Source: Pelagibacteraceae bacterium AG-325-E08
Lineage (GTDB): Bacteria > Pseudomonadota > Alphaproteobacteria > Pelagibacterales > Pelagibacteraceae
NCBI GenBank assembly: GCA_003282985.1
Contig: QBYE01000003.1
Coordinates: 1,236 to 65,235, forward strand
Direction of reading: 5' to 3'
Length of the DNA stretch: 64,000 nucleotides
The position numbers were made by a program, and so were the translations under genes. The notes below the pieces were generated by a model, which was given only the letters and a program-made list of their open reading frames with translations, was not told where the DNA came from and ran no database searches. Below are positions 20,170 through 30,431 of the stretch, piece by piece. Numbering within the stretch: position 1 is the stretch's first letter; every line of letters starts with the position of its first letter.

Positions 20170-20988
20170 ATGGCTAAAAATTTAGACAAAGAAGGGCTAA
20201 GCTCAATTGCTGACAATTATCAGTTGTTTTATATAGATTTATGGGGCGTGGTTCATAATGGGATTAAACTTCATGATGAAGCTATAAAAGTTTTACAAGA
20301 GATTAATAAAAAAAGTAAAGATTATGTCTTGCTAACAAATGCACCAAGACCAAATAGTACTGTAAAATCCTATTTAGAAAAGTTAGGTATGGAAAAAGAA
20401 TTTAGGGAACATGTTTTTTCATCAGGACAAGCAGCCTTAAATTATTTAAAAAAAAATTTAATAGACAAGTTTTTTTTTCATATTGGTCCACCTAGAGATT
20501 TTGATTTATTCAATGATTTTAAAAAAATGAAATCAGATAATATTAAAAATAGTGAATATTTCTTATGCACAGGTTTATTTGACGAATATAATAAAGATCT
20601 TAAATACTACAAAAAATTATTTGAAGATAATTTGAAAAAAAAAATGATCTGTACGAACCCTGATTTAATTGTAGACAGAGGCAATGTAAGAGAGTTATGT
20701 GCCGGATCTGTGGCAATGGTTTTTGAAAAAATGGGTGGTGAGGTTGTATACTTTGGTAAACCTTACTCAGAAGTTTATCATCAAGCCATTAATAATAAAA
20801 ATAAAAAGGTGTTATCAATAGGTGATAATTTAAACACTGATATAAAAGGGGCAAATCTTTTAAATTTTGATTCCCTAATAATTTCAAATGGAATTCATAA
20901 AAATGAAATTAAAGAAAAAGGAATAGATGAAACTTCGAAGTCTTATGAAACTATATGTAACTATATTCAATCAGAATTAAGATGGTAA
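20170..20988 (+). CDS. HAD-superfamily subfamily IIA hydrolase (TIGR01459-like)
   Basis: DLWGVVHNG, LTNAPR, CTNPD, GKP, IGDNLNTDIKGA; usual position upstream of ribF. Confidence 0.88.
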   Translation: MAKNLDKEGLSSIADNYQLFYIDLWGVVHNGIKLHDEAIKVLQEINKKSKDYVLLTNAPRPNSTVKSYLEKLGMEKEFREHVFSSGQAALNYLKKNLIDKFFFHIGPPRDFDLFNDFKKMKSDNIKNSEYFLCTGLFDEYNKDLKYYKKLFEDNLKKKMICTNPDLIVDRGNVRELCAGSVAMVFEKMGGEVVYFGKPYSEVYHQAINNKNKKVLSIGDNLNTDIKGANLLNFDSLIISNGIHKNEIKEKGIDETSKSYETICNYIQSELRW

Positions 20989-21914
20989 AAAATATTAATT
21001 TTTATAATGATTTCAATATCAAATCACATCATAAAGGCTCAATAATCTTAATTGGCAATTTTGATGGACTTCATTTGGGTCATCGAAAGTTATTTAATTT
21101 AGCAAAGAAATATAAAAAGAAATATTCTTTAAAAATTGGAGTTATGACTTTTGAGCCAATGCCAAAGATGTATTTTAAAAAAGATATTAAAAATTTTAGA
21201 ATTACTACTCAAAAACAAAAAATGAAACTTTTAAGTAAATTTAATGTTGATTTTGTAATTACAAAAAAGTTTAACAGAGCTTTTTCAAAAACAAAATCAA
21301 TTCACTTTATTGAAAAAATATTAGTAAAAAAATTAAACGCAAAATTTATATTTGTTAGTAACAATTTTAGGTTTGGGAATAAAAGAGAAGGAAATGTTTA
21401 TCAACTTATTAAATATGAAAATAAATTTCATTATAAGGTAGTCAATCCAAAACCTTTATTAATAAAAAAAAAAGTAATCTCCTCATCTCTTATTAGAAAT
21501 TACTTACAAAAAGGTAAATTAGATAAAGCCAACAAACTTTTAAATAGAAAATGGTCCGTAGAGGGTAAAGTTCAAAAGGGGAGGCAAATAGGAAAAAAAA
21601 TAGGCTTTCCAACTGCGAATATTGATATCAAAGATTATATTTTAGCTTGCCCTGGAGTTTATGCAGTAAGAGTCAAAGTCAAAAAAAACTCCAAATACGT
21701 TAAAGGTATAGCTAATTTAGGTTACAGACCGACATTCAATGGAAAAAAAATCTTATTAGAAGTTCATTTATTCAATTTCTATCGAAATTTATATAATAAG
21801 TATTTAACTGTTGAATTCTTTAGATTTATCAGAAAAGAAAAAAAATTCAAAAATGTAGAACAATTAAAAAAACAAATTAAAGTAGACATAACAAAAGCAA
21901 AAAAAATAAAATGA
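20982..21914 (+). CDS. ribF: Bifunctional riboflavin kinase/FAD synthetase
   Basis: GNFDGLHLGH, TFEP, ISSS.IR, GFPTAN, G.RPTF, EVH. Confidence 0.95.
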   Translation: MVKNINFYNDFNIKSHHKGSIILIGNFDGLHLGHRKLFNLAKKYKKKYSLKIGVMTFEPMPKMYFKKDIKNFRITTQKQKMKLLSKFNVDFVITKKFNRAFSKTKSIHFIEKILVKKLNAKFIFVSNNFRFGNKREGNVYQLIKYENKFHYKVVNPKPLLIKKKVISSSLIRNYLQKGKLDKANKLLNRKWSVEGKVQKGRQIGKKIGFPTANIDIKDYILACPGVYAVRVKVKKNSKYVKGIANLGYRPTFNGKKILLEVHLFNFYRNLYNKYLTVEFFRFIRKEKKFKNVEQLKKQIKVDITKAKKIK

Positions 21915-24625
21915 GTAAAGCACAAATAAATCTTCCCAAAACAACTTTTTCTATGAAGGCTAATTTGCCTACCAGAGAACCTGAAATTTTGGAATTATGG
22001 AAAAAAATTGATCTTTATAAAGAGTTAAGAAATTCAAGAAAGGGTGCTGAAAAATTTGTTCTTCATGATGGTCCTCCATATGCAAATGGAAATATTCACA
22101 TGGGAACAGCTCTTAATAAAATTCTTAAAGATATCATTGTTAAATTTCATCAAATGGATGGTAAAGACTCTGTTTATGTTCCAGGATGGGATTGTCATGG
22201 ATTACCAATTGAGTGGAAAATAGAAGAACAATATAAAAAAAATAAAAAAAACAAGAACGAGGTTCCTATCGTTGAATTTAGAAAAGAGTGCAGATCATTT
22301 GCTGAAAAGTGGATTGGAGTTCATAAAGAACAATTTAAAAGACTAGGTGTTGTCGGAGATTGGGAAAATTATTATTCGACAATGAGCTATGATGCTGAAG
22401 CACAAATTGTCAGGGAGCTTGGAAAGTTTTTAAAAGAGGGAAGTCTATATCGAGGATTTAAACCTGTTTTATGGTCTACAGTAGAAAAAACTGCTTTAGC
22501 AGATGCTGAGGTAGAATATCAAGATCATAAATCTGATACTATTTATGTAAATTTTCCAGTTAAGTCATCAAATATTAAAGAGCTTGAAAATAGTAATATT
22601 GTTATTTGGACCACTACTCCTTGGACAATACCTGCAAATAAAGCTTTAGCTTATAATGAGAGTTTAGATTATTTATTAATTCAGATTAATGATAATGGTG
22701 AATTTAAAGATAAAAAAATTGTTATTGCAGAATCATTATTAGAGACAGTTATTAAGGATTGTGAAATCCAAAAATATAAAAAGTTAAAAAGTTTTAAAGG
22801 TAAAGATTTTAAAAATACAATTTGTAATCACCCTTTTTTAAATTTGGGCTATGATTATGATATACCTATGCTAGAAGCACGCTTTGTAACTACTGAACAA
22901 GGTACTGGAATTGTTCATTGTGCACCAAGCCATGGACCGGATGATTTTAATCTTTGTATTAATAATGGAATTAAAGCAATTGAAACAGTAGATGGAGATG
23001 GAAAATATACAAAAAATGTTTCTTTATTTGAAGGAATTCATATTTTTAAAGCAAATCCCATTGTAATAGAAAAATTAAAAGAGCAAAAAAAACTATTGAA
23101 AAATGGTGAGCTAGTTCATTCTTATCCTCACTCATGGAGATCTAAAGCACCTTTGGTTCATAGGGCAACTCCACAATGGTTTATTTCAATGGAAAGTCAC
23201 AAACTTAGAAAAAAAGCTTTGAAAGCAATTGATGAAACAATTTTTTACCCAAGCAAAGGCAAAGAAAGATTAAAATCGATGATTGAAACCAGACCTGATT
23301 GGTGTGTATCAAGACAAAGAGTTTGGGGAGTTCCATTACCTATATTTGTAAACAAAAAAAGTAAAGAAATATTAGTAGATGATGATGTTTTTGAGATAAT
23401 TGCTAAAATTTATGAAAAAGAGGGTTCCGACTGTTGGTTTTCTGACGATCCTCAAAAATTTTTAGGAAAAAAATATAAAGCAGAAGATTTTGAAAAACTA
23501 AGCGATATTGTAGAGGTGTGGTTTGATAGTGGCTCAACACATTCTTTTGTTTTGGAAAAAAGAAAAGATTTAAAGTGGCCCGCATCAATGTATCTAGAGG
23601 GCTCTGATCAACATAGAGGATGGTTTCATTCTTCATTATTACAATCATGTGGAACAAGGGGTAAAGCACCGTTTGAATCCATTCTTTCTCACGGTTTTGT
23701 TGTTGATGGAAAAGGTTTAAAAATGTCAAAATCTTTAGGCAATGTAATTGCACCAGAAGATATTTTAAAAAAGTATGGAGCAGACATATTAAGAATATGG
23801 GTTGCTTCATCTAATTATGCTGAGGATCTAAGAATAGATTATTCAATATTAGACCAACATTCCGAGTCTTATAGAAAAATTAGAAATACCTTTAGATATT
23901 TGCTTGGAAATCTAAATGATAATTTTGAGGAAATTAAAATGGAAAATATTGATGTTAATCAATTACCAGAATTAGAGCAATATATGCTTCACAAAATTTA
24001 TTCATTAAATATTAAGTTTAATAAGTATTTTAGAGATTACGATTTTCATAATCTTTATAAGGAATTGTTAAACTTTTGTACTGTAGATTTGTCAGCATTC
24101 TATTTTGATATTAGAAAAGATGTTTTATATTGTGACCCTAAAGACTCTGAAAAAAGAAAATCTACATTGATATTATTAAATATAATTCTAAATTCATTAT
24201 TAAAATGGTTTGCTCCTATACTTTCATTTACTACAGAGGAAATTTATCAATTAATTTCTAAAAAAAATAAAAGTATTCATTTAGAAAATTTCTTAGATTT
24301 CCCAAAAAAATTTGATAACGAAAAAATTGAAAGAAAATGGGATGAGTTAATAAAAATAAGAAATATTTGTAATATTAGCATTGAAGAAAAAAGAGCAAGT
24401 AAAGAAATAGGTTCAAGCTTGGAAGCAGTGCTTCATGTAAAATTGAATAATAGGTTTAAACAGGTTGTAAACGATATAGACTTATCTGAGTTGTGCATAA
24501 CTTCAAAAACTGAAATTAATTTTGATGACCAAACTGATATAGAAGTTGTTACACAAAAGGCATTAGGTAATAAATGTCCAGTTTGTTGGAAGATAAGTCC
24601 AGACCCGTGTGAGAGACATCCTTAG
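21911..24625 (+). CDS. ileS: Isoleucine--tRNA ligase
   Basis: HDGPPYANGNIHMG, GWDCHGLP, EGSDQHRGWF, KMSKS, C-terminal CPVCW. Confidence 0.98.
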   Translation: MSKAQINLPKTTFSMKANLPTREPEILELWKKIDLYKELRNSRKGAEKFVLHDGPPYANGNIHMGTALNKILKDIIVKFHQMDGKDSVYVPGWDCHGLPIEWKIEEQYKKNKKNKNEVPIVEFRKECRSFAEKWIGVHKEQFKRLGVVGDWENYYSTMSYDAEAQIVRELGKFLKEGSLYRGFKPVLWSTVEKTALADAEVEYQDHKSDTIYVNFPVKSSNIKELENSNIVIWTTTPWTIPANKALAYNESLDYLLIQINDNGEFKDKKIVIAESLLETVIKDCEIQKYKKLKSFKGKDFKNTICNHPFLNLGYDYDIPMLEARFVTTEQGTGIVHCAPSHGPDDFNLCINNGIKAIETVDGDGKYTKNVSLFEGIHIFKANPIVIEKLKEQKKLLKNGELVHSYPHSWRSKAPLVHRATPQWFISMESHKLRKKALKAIDETIFYPSKGKERLKSMIETRPDWCVSRQRVWGVPLPIFVNKKSKEILVDDDVFEIIAKIYEKEGSDCWFSDDPQKFLGKKYKAEDFEKLSDIVEVWFDSGSTHSFVLEKRKDLKWPASMYLEGSDQHRGWFHSSLLQSCGTRGKAPFESILSHGFVVDGKGLKMSKSLGNVIAPEDILKKYGADILRIWVASSNYAEDLRIDYSILDQHSESYRKIRNTFRYLLGNLNDNFEEIKMENIDVNQLPELEQYMLHKIYSLNIKFNKYFRDYDFHNLYKELLNFCTVDLSAFYFDIRKDVLYCDPKDSEKRKSTLILLNIILNSLLKWFAPILSFTTEEIYQLISKKNKSIHLENFLDFPKKFDNEKIERKWDELIKIRNICNISIEEKRASKEIGSSLEAVLHVKLNNRFKQVVNDIDLSELCITSKTEINFDDQTDIEVVTQKALGNKCPVCWKISPDPCERHP

Positions 24626-25114
24626 ATGTCAAACTATCTAAATAAAAATTTTCTAATTAATTTACTAACTATAATTATTATTTTTTCTTTAGATAGAATA
24701 TCGAAATTTTATGTAATTTCACAAAGTGAAAAAAATTTATCTTATGATTTATTTGAGTCAAAATTTCTAAATATAAACTTGGTTTGGAATGAGGGAATTG
24801 CTTTTGGTCTACTTTCATTTGATAAAGACTATCTGTATAATTTATTGACAATTTTAATAATAGTTTTGATAATCATAATTTTTTTTATGATTTTAAAAAA
24901 TAAAGGTATTAAAAAATACTCATTATTAATGGTATTAGGCGGCGCATTAGGAAATCTTTATGATCGAATACATTTTAAAGCTGTGCCAGACTTTATAGAC
25001 TTTCATATTGGAAATTTTCATTGGTTTATTTTTAATGTATCAGATATATTCATTTCTTTAGGAGTATTATTTTTGATTTCTTTAGAATTAATTAACAACA
25101 AAAAAGAAAAATAG
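24626..25114 (+). CDS. lspA: Lipoprotein signal peptidase II
   Basis: N.GIAFG, GGALGNLYDR, V.DFID, FNVSD. Confidence 0.95.
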   Translation: MSNYLNKNFLINLLTIIIIFSLDRISKFYVISQSEKNLSYDLFESKFLNINLVWNEGIAFGLLSFDKDYLYNLLTILIIVLIIIIFFMILKNKGIKKYSLLMVLGGALGNLYDRIHFKAVPDFIDFHIGNFHWFIFNVSDIFISLGVLFLISLELINNKKEK

Positions 25115-25115
25115 A

Positions 25116-25442
25116 ATGGAACAAATTACTAAATTATTAATACTTTTGATCTTTATGATAACACTTAATTCTTGTGGAACTATCAAGGAGGGCTTTGTTT
25201 CTCAAAAGAAAAATAGTACTGATGAGTTTTTAGTAAAAAAAAAATCTCCATTAGTAATGCCTCCTGAATTTAATGAATTACCTGTTCCTGGAAATAATAA
25301 TCAAGAACAAAAAAACGATGAAAATTCAGATATAAAATCTTTAATCACCGGCTCAGAAAATGAAACTTCTAAGTCTCAAAATAGTTCAAATCAAGATATT
25401 AATTTTGAGAATTCAATCTTAGAAAAAATCAAAAATAATTAA
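25116..25442 (+). CDS. DUF3035-family lipoprotein
   Basis: Lipobox LNSC, DEFLV.KK.PL.MPPEF..LPVP. Confidence 0.8.
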   Translation: MEQITKLLILLIFMITLNSCGTIKEGFVSQKKNSTDEFLVKKKSPLVMPPEFNELPVPGNNNQEQKNDENSDIKSLITGSENETSKSQNSSNQDINFENSILEKIKNN

Positions 25443-26596
25443 TGATAACATCTGGAATTTTTTTTAAAAATTTTAAATTAAAAAAAAAATCACTTTCAAT
25501 TAAGAAAAAATTAGAAAAATTTGTAGCAGAAAATAATTCTATAGCTCAATCTTTAAAAAGAAATTATCAAGATTTTTTTAAAAAAAAGAAACTTAAAAAA
25601 TATAAAAGTTTTAAAAATATTAGAGTGATAGGAATGGGCGGTTCTTCATTAGGTACTGAAGCAATTTACGATTTTTTAAAATATAAGATTAAAAAGAATT
25701 TTTTGTTTATCAATAATTTGAATCCTATATTAAAAAATGAAAATGATAAAAAAATTTTAAATTTGATTGTCTCAAAATCTGGCAATACAATTGAAACAAT
25801 AGTTAATTCAAATATTCTTGTAAAAAAAAAAGACAAAAATATCTTTATAACTGAAAATAAAAAAAATTACCTTTATTTATTGGGCCAAAAGCTTAAAGCA
25901 GATATTATTCATCACAATAATTATATTGGTGGTAGGTATTCTGTTTTATCAGAAGTAGGAATGTTACCTGCAGAGTTAATGGGACTTGATTCAAAAAAAT
26001 TTAGACAATTTAACAATCTTATAAAAAATAAAAGATATTTAAATGCTTTAATTTCAAATGTTAGCTCCACTCTTTATTTCATTAAAAAAGAAAAATTTAA
26101 TTCGGTAATTATTAATTATGATAAACAATCAGAAAATTTATTTAATTGGTATCAGCAATTAATTGCTGAAAGTCTTGGTAAGAAAAGTAAGGGATTGTTA
26201 CCAATTATATCAAATATGCCAAAGGATAATCATAGTGTAATGCAACTTTATTTAGATGGTTTTAAAAAAAATTTTTTTACTTTCTTTTATGTCGATGAAA
26301 AAAATTCTACGAAAATAATTAATAAGGATATTTTAAGTCCATATAATTTTATCAAAAATAAAAGTGTAAGTAATATCACTTTTGCTCAAAAAAAAGCTAC
26401 TGAAAATATTTTTAAAAAAAAAAAAATACCCTTTAGAAGTTTTGAAATAAAAAAAAGAGATGAAAAAACCTTGGGAGAATTGTTTTGTTTTTTTATGTTA
26501 GAAACAATTTTATTGAGCAAAGCTTTAAAAGTTAACCCTTATGATCAACCAGCTGTTGAGACAATAAAAAAAGAAACAAGAAGTATATTAATCTAA
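25442..26596 (+). CDS. pgi: Glucose-6-phosphate isomerase (short form)
   Basis: GMGGSSLG, SKSGNTIET, IGGRYSVLS, QQLIAESLGK, PYDQPAVE. Confidence 0.85.
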   Translation: MITSGIFFKNFKLKKKSLSIKKKLEKFVAENNSIAQSLKRNYQDFFKKKKLKKYKSFKNIRVIGMGGSSLGTEAIYDFLKYKIKKNFLFINNLNPILKNENDKKILNLIVSKSGNTIETIVNSNILVKKKDKNIFITENKKNYLYLLGQKLKADIIHHNNYIGGRYSVLSEVGMLPAELMGLDSKKFRQFNNLIKNKRYLNALISNVSSTLYFIKKEKFNSVIINYDKQSENLFNWYQQLIAESLGKKSKGLLPIISNMPKDNHSVMQLYLDGFKKNFFTFFYVDEKNSTKIINKDILSPYNFIKNKSVSNITFAQKKATENIFKKKKIPFRSFEIKKRDEKTLGELFCFFMLETILLSKALKVNPYDQPAVETIKKETRSILI

Positions 26597-27151
26597 CTTA
26601 CAAAATAAAATTTTAGATATTCCATATTTTTTTTCAACTACAATTCTCAATTTTTTGGTAAACTGATCTACTTCTTTTTTATGCCTATGTATTATGATAA
26701 TTCCATCACTACTTAGAATTTTGTCTTTAGAAATTTGATCAATAATGATTGGTAATTTTTTTACTCTGTATGGGGGATCTAAAAAGATAATATCACATTT
26801 ATTTATTATCTTTTTAAAATTGATTTTATTTAATATATTGTCATCTATAACTTGGTAATTTCCATCTGTTTCAAGATTTGATAAATTTTTTTTTAATATT
26901 GGCAAAACACCACTATAGTTTTCTACAAAAGTCACATATTTAGCACCTCTTGATAAACACTCTAGACCAAAAGATCCAACACCAGAAAATAGGTCTAAAA
27001 TTATTGCGTTTTCAATATTTATCGAAAATTTATTTGAATGCTTTAATACATTAAAAATTGACTCTTTAGTTAAATCTTTTAAAGGTCTCGTTTTTTTATC
27101 TTGTGGGTCTAAAATTTTTTTACCCTTAAAATTTCCACCTATAATTCTCAT
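26588..27151 (-). CDS. rsmD: 16S rRNA m2G966 methyltransferase
   Basis: MRIIGG..KG, TRP, DLFSGVGSFGLECLSRGA, FLDPPY. Confidence 0.92.
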   Translation of the reverse strand: MRIIGGNFKGKKILDPQDKKTRPLKDLTKESIFNVLKHSNKFSINIENAIILDLFSGVGSFGLECLSRGAKYVTFVENYSGVLPILKKNLSNLETDGNYQVIDDNILNKINFKKIINKCDIIFLDPPYRVKKLPIIIDQISKDKILSSDGIIIIHRHKKEVDQFTKKLRIVVEKKYGISKILFCKLD

Positions 27152-28413
27152 TCATCAATAACTTTGTATCCAATATCTTTTCTATAAAATCCACCTGGCC
27201 AATTTAGATTATTTATTAGTGTGTAAATACTATTTCTAGCATCCAAAAAATTATCAGATAGTGAGACAAAATTAAGTACTCTACCTCCATTTGATAAAAC
27301 TGAATTATTTTTTAATACAGTGCCCGCATGAAATAAAAAATCATTTGGCTGAAGATCAATAAAATCCATATTTTTAATTTCAATGTTTTTTTTGTAGGTA
27401 TCTGGGTAACCTTTTGAACACATTACAATACATAAGCTTTTTTTATTATTCCATTTAATTTCAATTTTACTTAATTCATTTTCACAGCATGAATTTAAAA
27501 TTTCAAATAAATCAGTATCCAGTTTTGGGAGTAAAGTTTGACACTCTGGATCTCCCATTCGAACGTTATATTCAATTAAAAAAGGCTCATTATTTACTAT
27601 CATTAGTCCAGCATATAAAAAACCTTTATAGACGGTTCCAAGATCTTTAATTGCTTTTAAAGTTGGATTTATAATTTTAGCTAAAATTTTTTTTTCTAGC
27701 TCTTTATTAATCAATCTTGATGGGGAATATGCCCCCATACCACCAGTATTCTTTCCTTTATCTCCTTCCATAACTCTCTTGTGATCTTGGGCTGTTCCGA
27801 AGTTTTGATAGGTATAACCATCACTTACGATAAAAAAACTCATTTCTTCACCTTTCAAAAATTCTTCAATAAGAACATTTTTTGCTACACCAAATTTACC
27901 ACCAAATATTTCTTTTATTGCTTCGTATGATTGATCTTTATTTTCACATATGTAAACTCCTTTACCAGAAGCTAAATTATCTGCTTTTATCACAATAGGG
28001 AATTTTGATCTGTCTAAAAATTTATTTGAGTCAGCTTGATTCTTAAACACTCCAAAATTAGCTGTAGGTATATTATATTTTTTACAAATGTTTTTTGTAA
28101 AAATTTTAGAACCTTCTAATTGTGAAGCTATTTTATTAGGACCAAAAACTTTTATCTTAAATTTCTCCAAATAGTCTGTTATGCCGTCAACCAATGGTTG
28201 TTCTGGCCCAACAATAACAAGAGTTATCTCTTTCTCTAAAATAAAATCTTTTAATTTCTGAAAATTATCTAATTCTAAATCCATATTTTCGGCAATCAAT
28301 GAAGTACCTGCGTTTCCTGGAAAACAATATATTTTATTAACTTTTTTTGATTTATTTAAAGCATGACAAATTGCGTGTTCTCGTCCACCACTTCCTATAA
28401 TCCCAACTTTCAT
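27148..28413 (-). CDS. purD: Phosphoribosylamine--glycine ligase
   Basis: GSGGREHA, VGPEQPL, LEGSK, QDHKR, NTGGMGAYSP, RMGDPE, GGRVL. Confidence 0.97.
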   Translation of the reverse strand: MKVGIIGSGGREHAICHALNKSKKVNKIYCFPGNAGTSLIAENMDLELDNFQKLKDFILEKEITLVIVGPEQPLVDGITDYLEKFKIKVFGPNKIASQLEGSKIFTKNICKKYNIPTANFGVFKNQADSNKFLDRSKFPIVIKADNLASGKGVYICENKDQSYEAIKEIFGGKFGVAKNVLIEEFLKGEEMSFFIVSDGYTYQNFGTAQDHKRVMEGDKGKNTGGMGAYSPSRLINKELEKKILAKIINPTLKAIKDLGTVYKGFLYAGLMIVNNEPFLIEYNVRMGDPECQTLLPKLDTDLFEILNSCCENELSKIEIKWNNKKSLCIVMCSKGYPDTYKKNIEIKNMDFIDLQPNDFLFHAGTVLKNNSVLSNGGRVLNFVSLSDNFLDARNSIYTLINNLNWPGGFYRKDIGYKVIDE

Positions 28414-28434
28414 GTATAAATATATAAACTATAA

Positions 28435-28632
28435 ATGACTAAAAAATTAGCAAAAATAAAATATTTACCTAATAATTTTAAAATTATAGAGCAAGGTGAT
28501 TACGTGATATGTGCTGTTTCAAGTAAAAAGATAAGTCTTGAAAATTTAAATTATTGGAATGTAGATCTCCAGGAACCTTACTTTTCATATGTTGAAGCAT
28601 CAAAGAAAAAGGAGGAATTAGAAAAAAATTAA
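28435..28632 (+). CDS. DUF2093-family protein
   Basis: G.YV.CAVS.K.I.LE.L.YWNV.LQEPY. Confidence 0.85.
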   Translation: MTKKLAKIKYLPNNFKIIEQGDYVICAVSSKKISLENLNYWNVDLQEPYFSYVEASKKKEELEKN

Positions 28633-28633
28633 A

Positions 28634-29494
28634 CTATTTCCATCTATTATGTGACCAAATCCAATAATTTGGGCTATCCAATATCATCCTTTCAAGTATC
28701 TTATTTAACTTAACAGTAATATCATCTATGGAACTATTATCTGGAAAATATATCGGCTTCTGTACTTTCATTTTAAACTTTATTCCACCAAATCGTTCAA
28801 TAAAAATTGGTACGACAGGCATGTTAAATTTTTTAACCAGCTTAGCAGGAATTGTAGTAGTAAAAGCTTTTTCATTAAAAAAATCTAACTTTGAGCCTTG
28901 AGATACCCTTTGGTCGATCATAAGAGCTGTAGAGTAACCTTCCTTATTAAGCTTTAATAAATCCTTTAATCCTGAAATCCCTTTTTTAATTTGTTTTTTA
29001 CAAATATGTTTTGTTCTAATATTTTCCATAATAAAATTTAAAAAAATATTATTCAATGGTCTATAAATTGTTGCAATTTTAATTCCAATCTTTTCTATTT
29101 GCATTGCCATTAACTCAAAATTGCTAAAGTGCCCTGAAATAAAAACTGCTTTTATATTCTTTTCTTTTAGATCATTAAGAATTTCTTTACCTTCAATAAT
29201 TATATTATTATTTAATTGATTATTTCTAAATTTTTTTATGAACATATACTCCGCAAATACTCTGCCATAATTGTTCCACATATTTGAAGTAATTTTATCT
29301 ATTTCTTTTTGCTCTAAATTTGGAAATGCTCTTTTGATGTTAAGATGTATTATTTTTTTTGATCGAAAGAAAGGTCCAATAAATTGAAATATTTTGCCTC
29401 CAATAAATGAAGAAATTTTTAAACCTAAAAGTCTAAAAATAAAAAACATAAAAATTACAATTAAAAATTGGAAAAAATATTTTATTTTACCCAT
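28634..29494 (-). CDS. lpxL: Lipid A biosynthesis acyltransferase (LpxL/HtrB family)
   Basis: GHFSNFE, YRP.NN, DQ, W.WSHNRWK. Confidence 0.85.
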   Translation of the reverse strand: MGKIKYFFQFLIVIFMFFIFRLLGLKISSFIGGKIFQFIGPFFRSKKIIHLNIKRAFPNLEQKEIDKITSNMWNNYGRVFAEYMFIKKFRNNQLNNNIIIEGKEILNDLKEKNIKAVFISGHFSNFELMAMQIEKIGIKIATIYRPLNNIFLNFIMENIRTKHICKKQIKKGISGLKDLLKLNKEGYSTALMIDQRVSQGSKLDFFNEKAFTTTIPAKLVKKFNMPVVPIFIERFGGIKFKMKVQKPIYFPDNSSIDDITVKLNKILERMILDSPNYWIWSHNRWK

Positions 29495-30431
29495 AAAGTT
29501 TTAATAAATTATATAAAAAATCTTTTTCATTAATTATTTCTAGCTCAGATTTAATAAATTTAATTTCCTTATTTAAATTTTGACTTAGTCTATTATAATC
29601 CTTTTCTGTTGTAATTATCTTACAATTACATTTTTTTGAAAAAGAAATAATTTTTTCTATATCATTATTAGAATAACTATAATGATCAGGAAATTCTAAT
29701 TCTTTAATAATATTAAATTTGTTAGTTTTTAGCATTGATATAAACGTTTTATGATTACCTATTCCTGAAAAAGCTAAATATTTATCTTTTTTATCAAACT
29801 CATTAATATTCAATACAACATATCTTCCTTCATAAATATTTATAGTTGGATTAATTTTTAAAATATATTCTTTAATATTTTCTAAATTTTCGTTATTTCC
29901 ATTTAAAAATAAATTTTTATATTTTCTTAAATTATTTGGATTTTCTCTAAGAGGGCCAGCTGGAATAGTAAATCCATTTCCAACCCAATTGATGTTATTA
30001 AAACAAACAAAACTTAAATCATAGTTTATGGAAAAATCCTGTAGACCATCATCAAAGATTGCTATTTGATAACTTTGTTTTATCGCTTCATTTAATGCAG
30101 TTTGTCTATTACTGGCTGTAAAAAGCTTGCCATTTTCCTTTAAAATTTTTTGCTCGTCAGATTGATTTGGGTAATATTTTTTAATAAAACATGTTTTAAT
30201 TTTTTTTTCTTCCAAAATTTTTTTAATTTTAAGACTAAGTGAAGTTTTACCAGTTCCCCCTAAGTAAATATTACCAATGCAAATTGTTTTGATTGTTGAA
30301 TATTTTTTTTTATGCTGGATTATGGATCTTAAAAAGTGGATAATTTGTATTATGACTGAAATAGGCCAAAGTATATAAGATATAATATTTGGTTTTTTAT
30401 AATCCCAAAATTTGGGTTTATTTAATTTCAT
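29487..30431 (-). CDS. lpxK: Tetraacyldisaccharide 4'-kinase
   Basis: IGNIYLGGTGKT, DDGLQ, PAGPLRE, FPDH, TTEKD. Confidence 0.93.
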   Translation of the reverse strand: MKLNKPKFWDYKKPNIISYILWPISVIIQIIHFLRSIIQHKKKYSTIKTICIGNIYLGGTGKTSLSLKIKKILEEKKIKTCFIKKYYPNQSDEQKILKENGKLFTASNRQTALNEAIKQSYQIAIFDDGLQDFSINYDLSFVCFNNINWVGNGFTIPAGPLRENPNNLRKYKNLFLNGNNENLENIKEYILKINPTINIYEGRYVVLNINEFDKKDKYLAFSGIGNHKTFISMLKTNKFNIIKELEFPDHYSYSNNDIEKIISFSKKCNCKIITTEKDYNRLSQNLNKEIKFIKSELEIINEKDFLYNLLKLYG

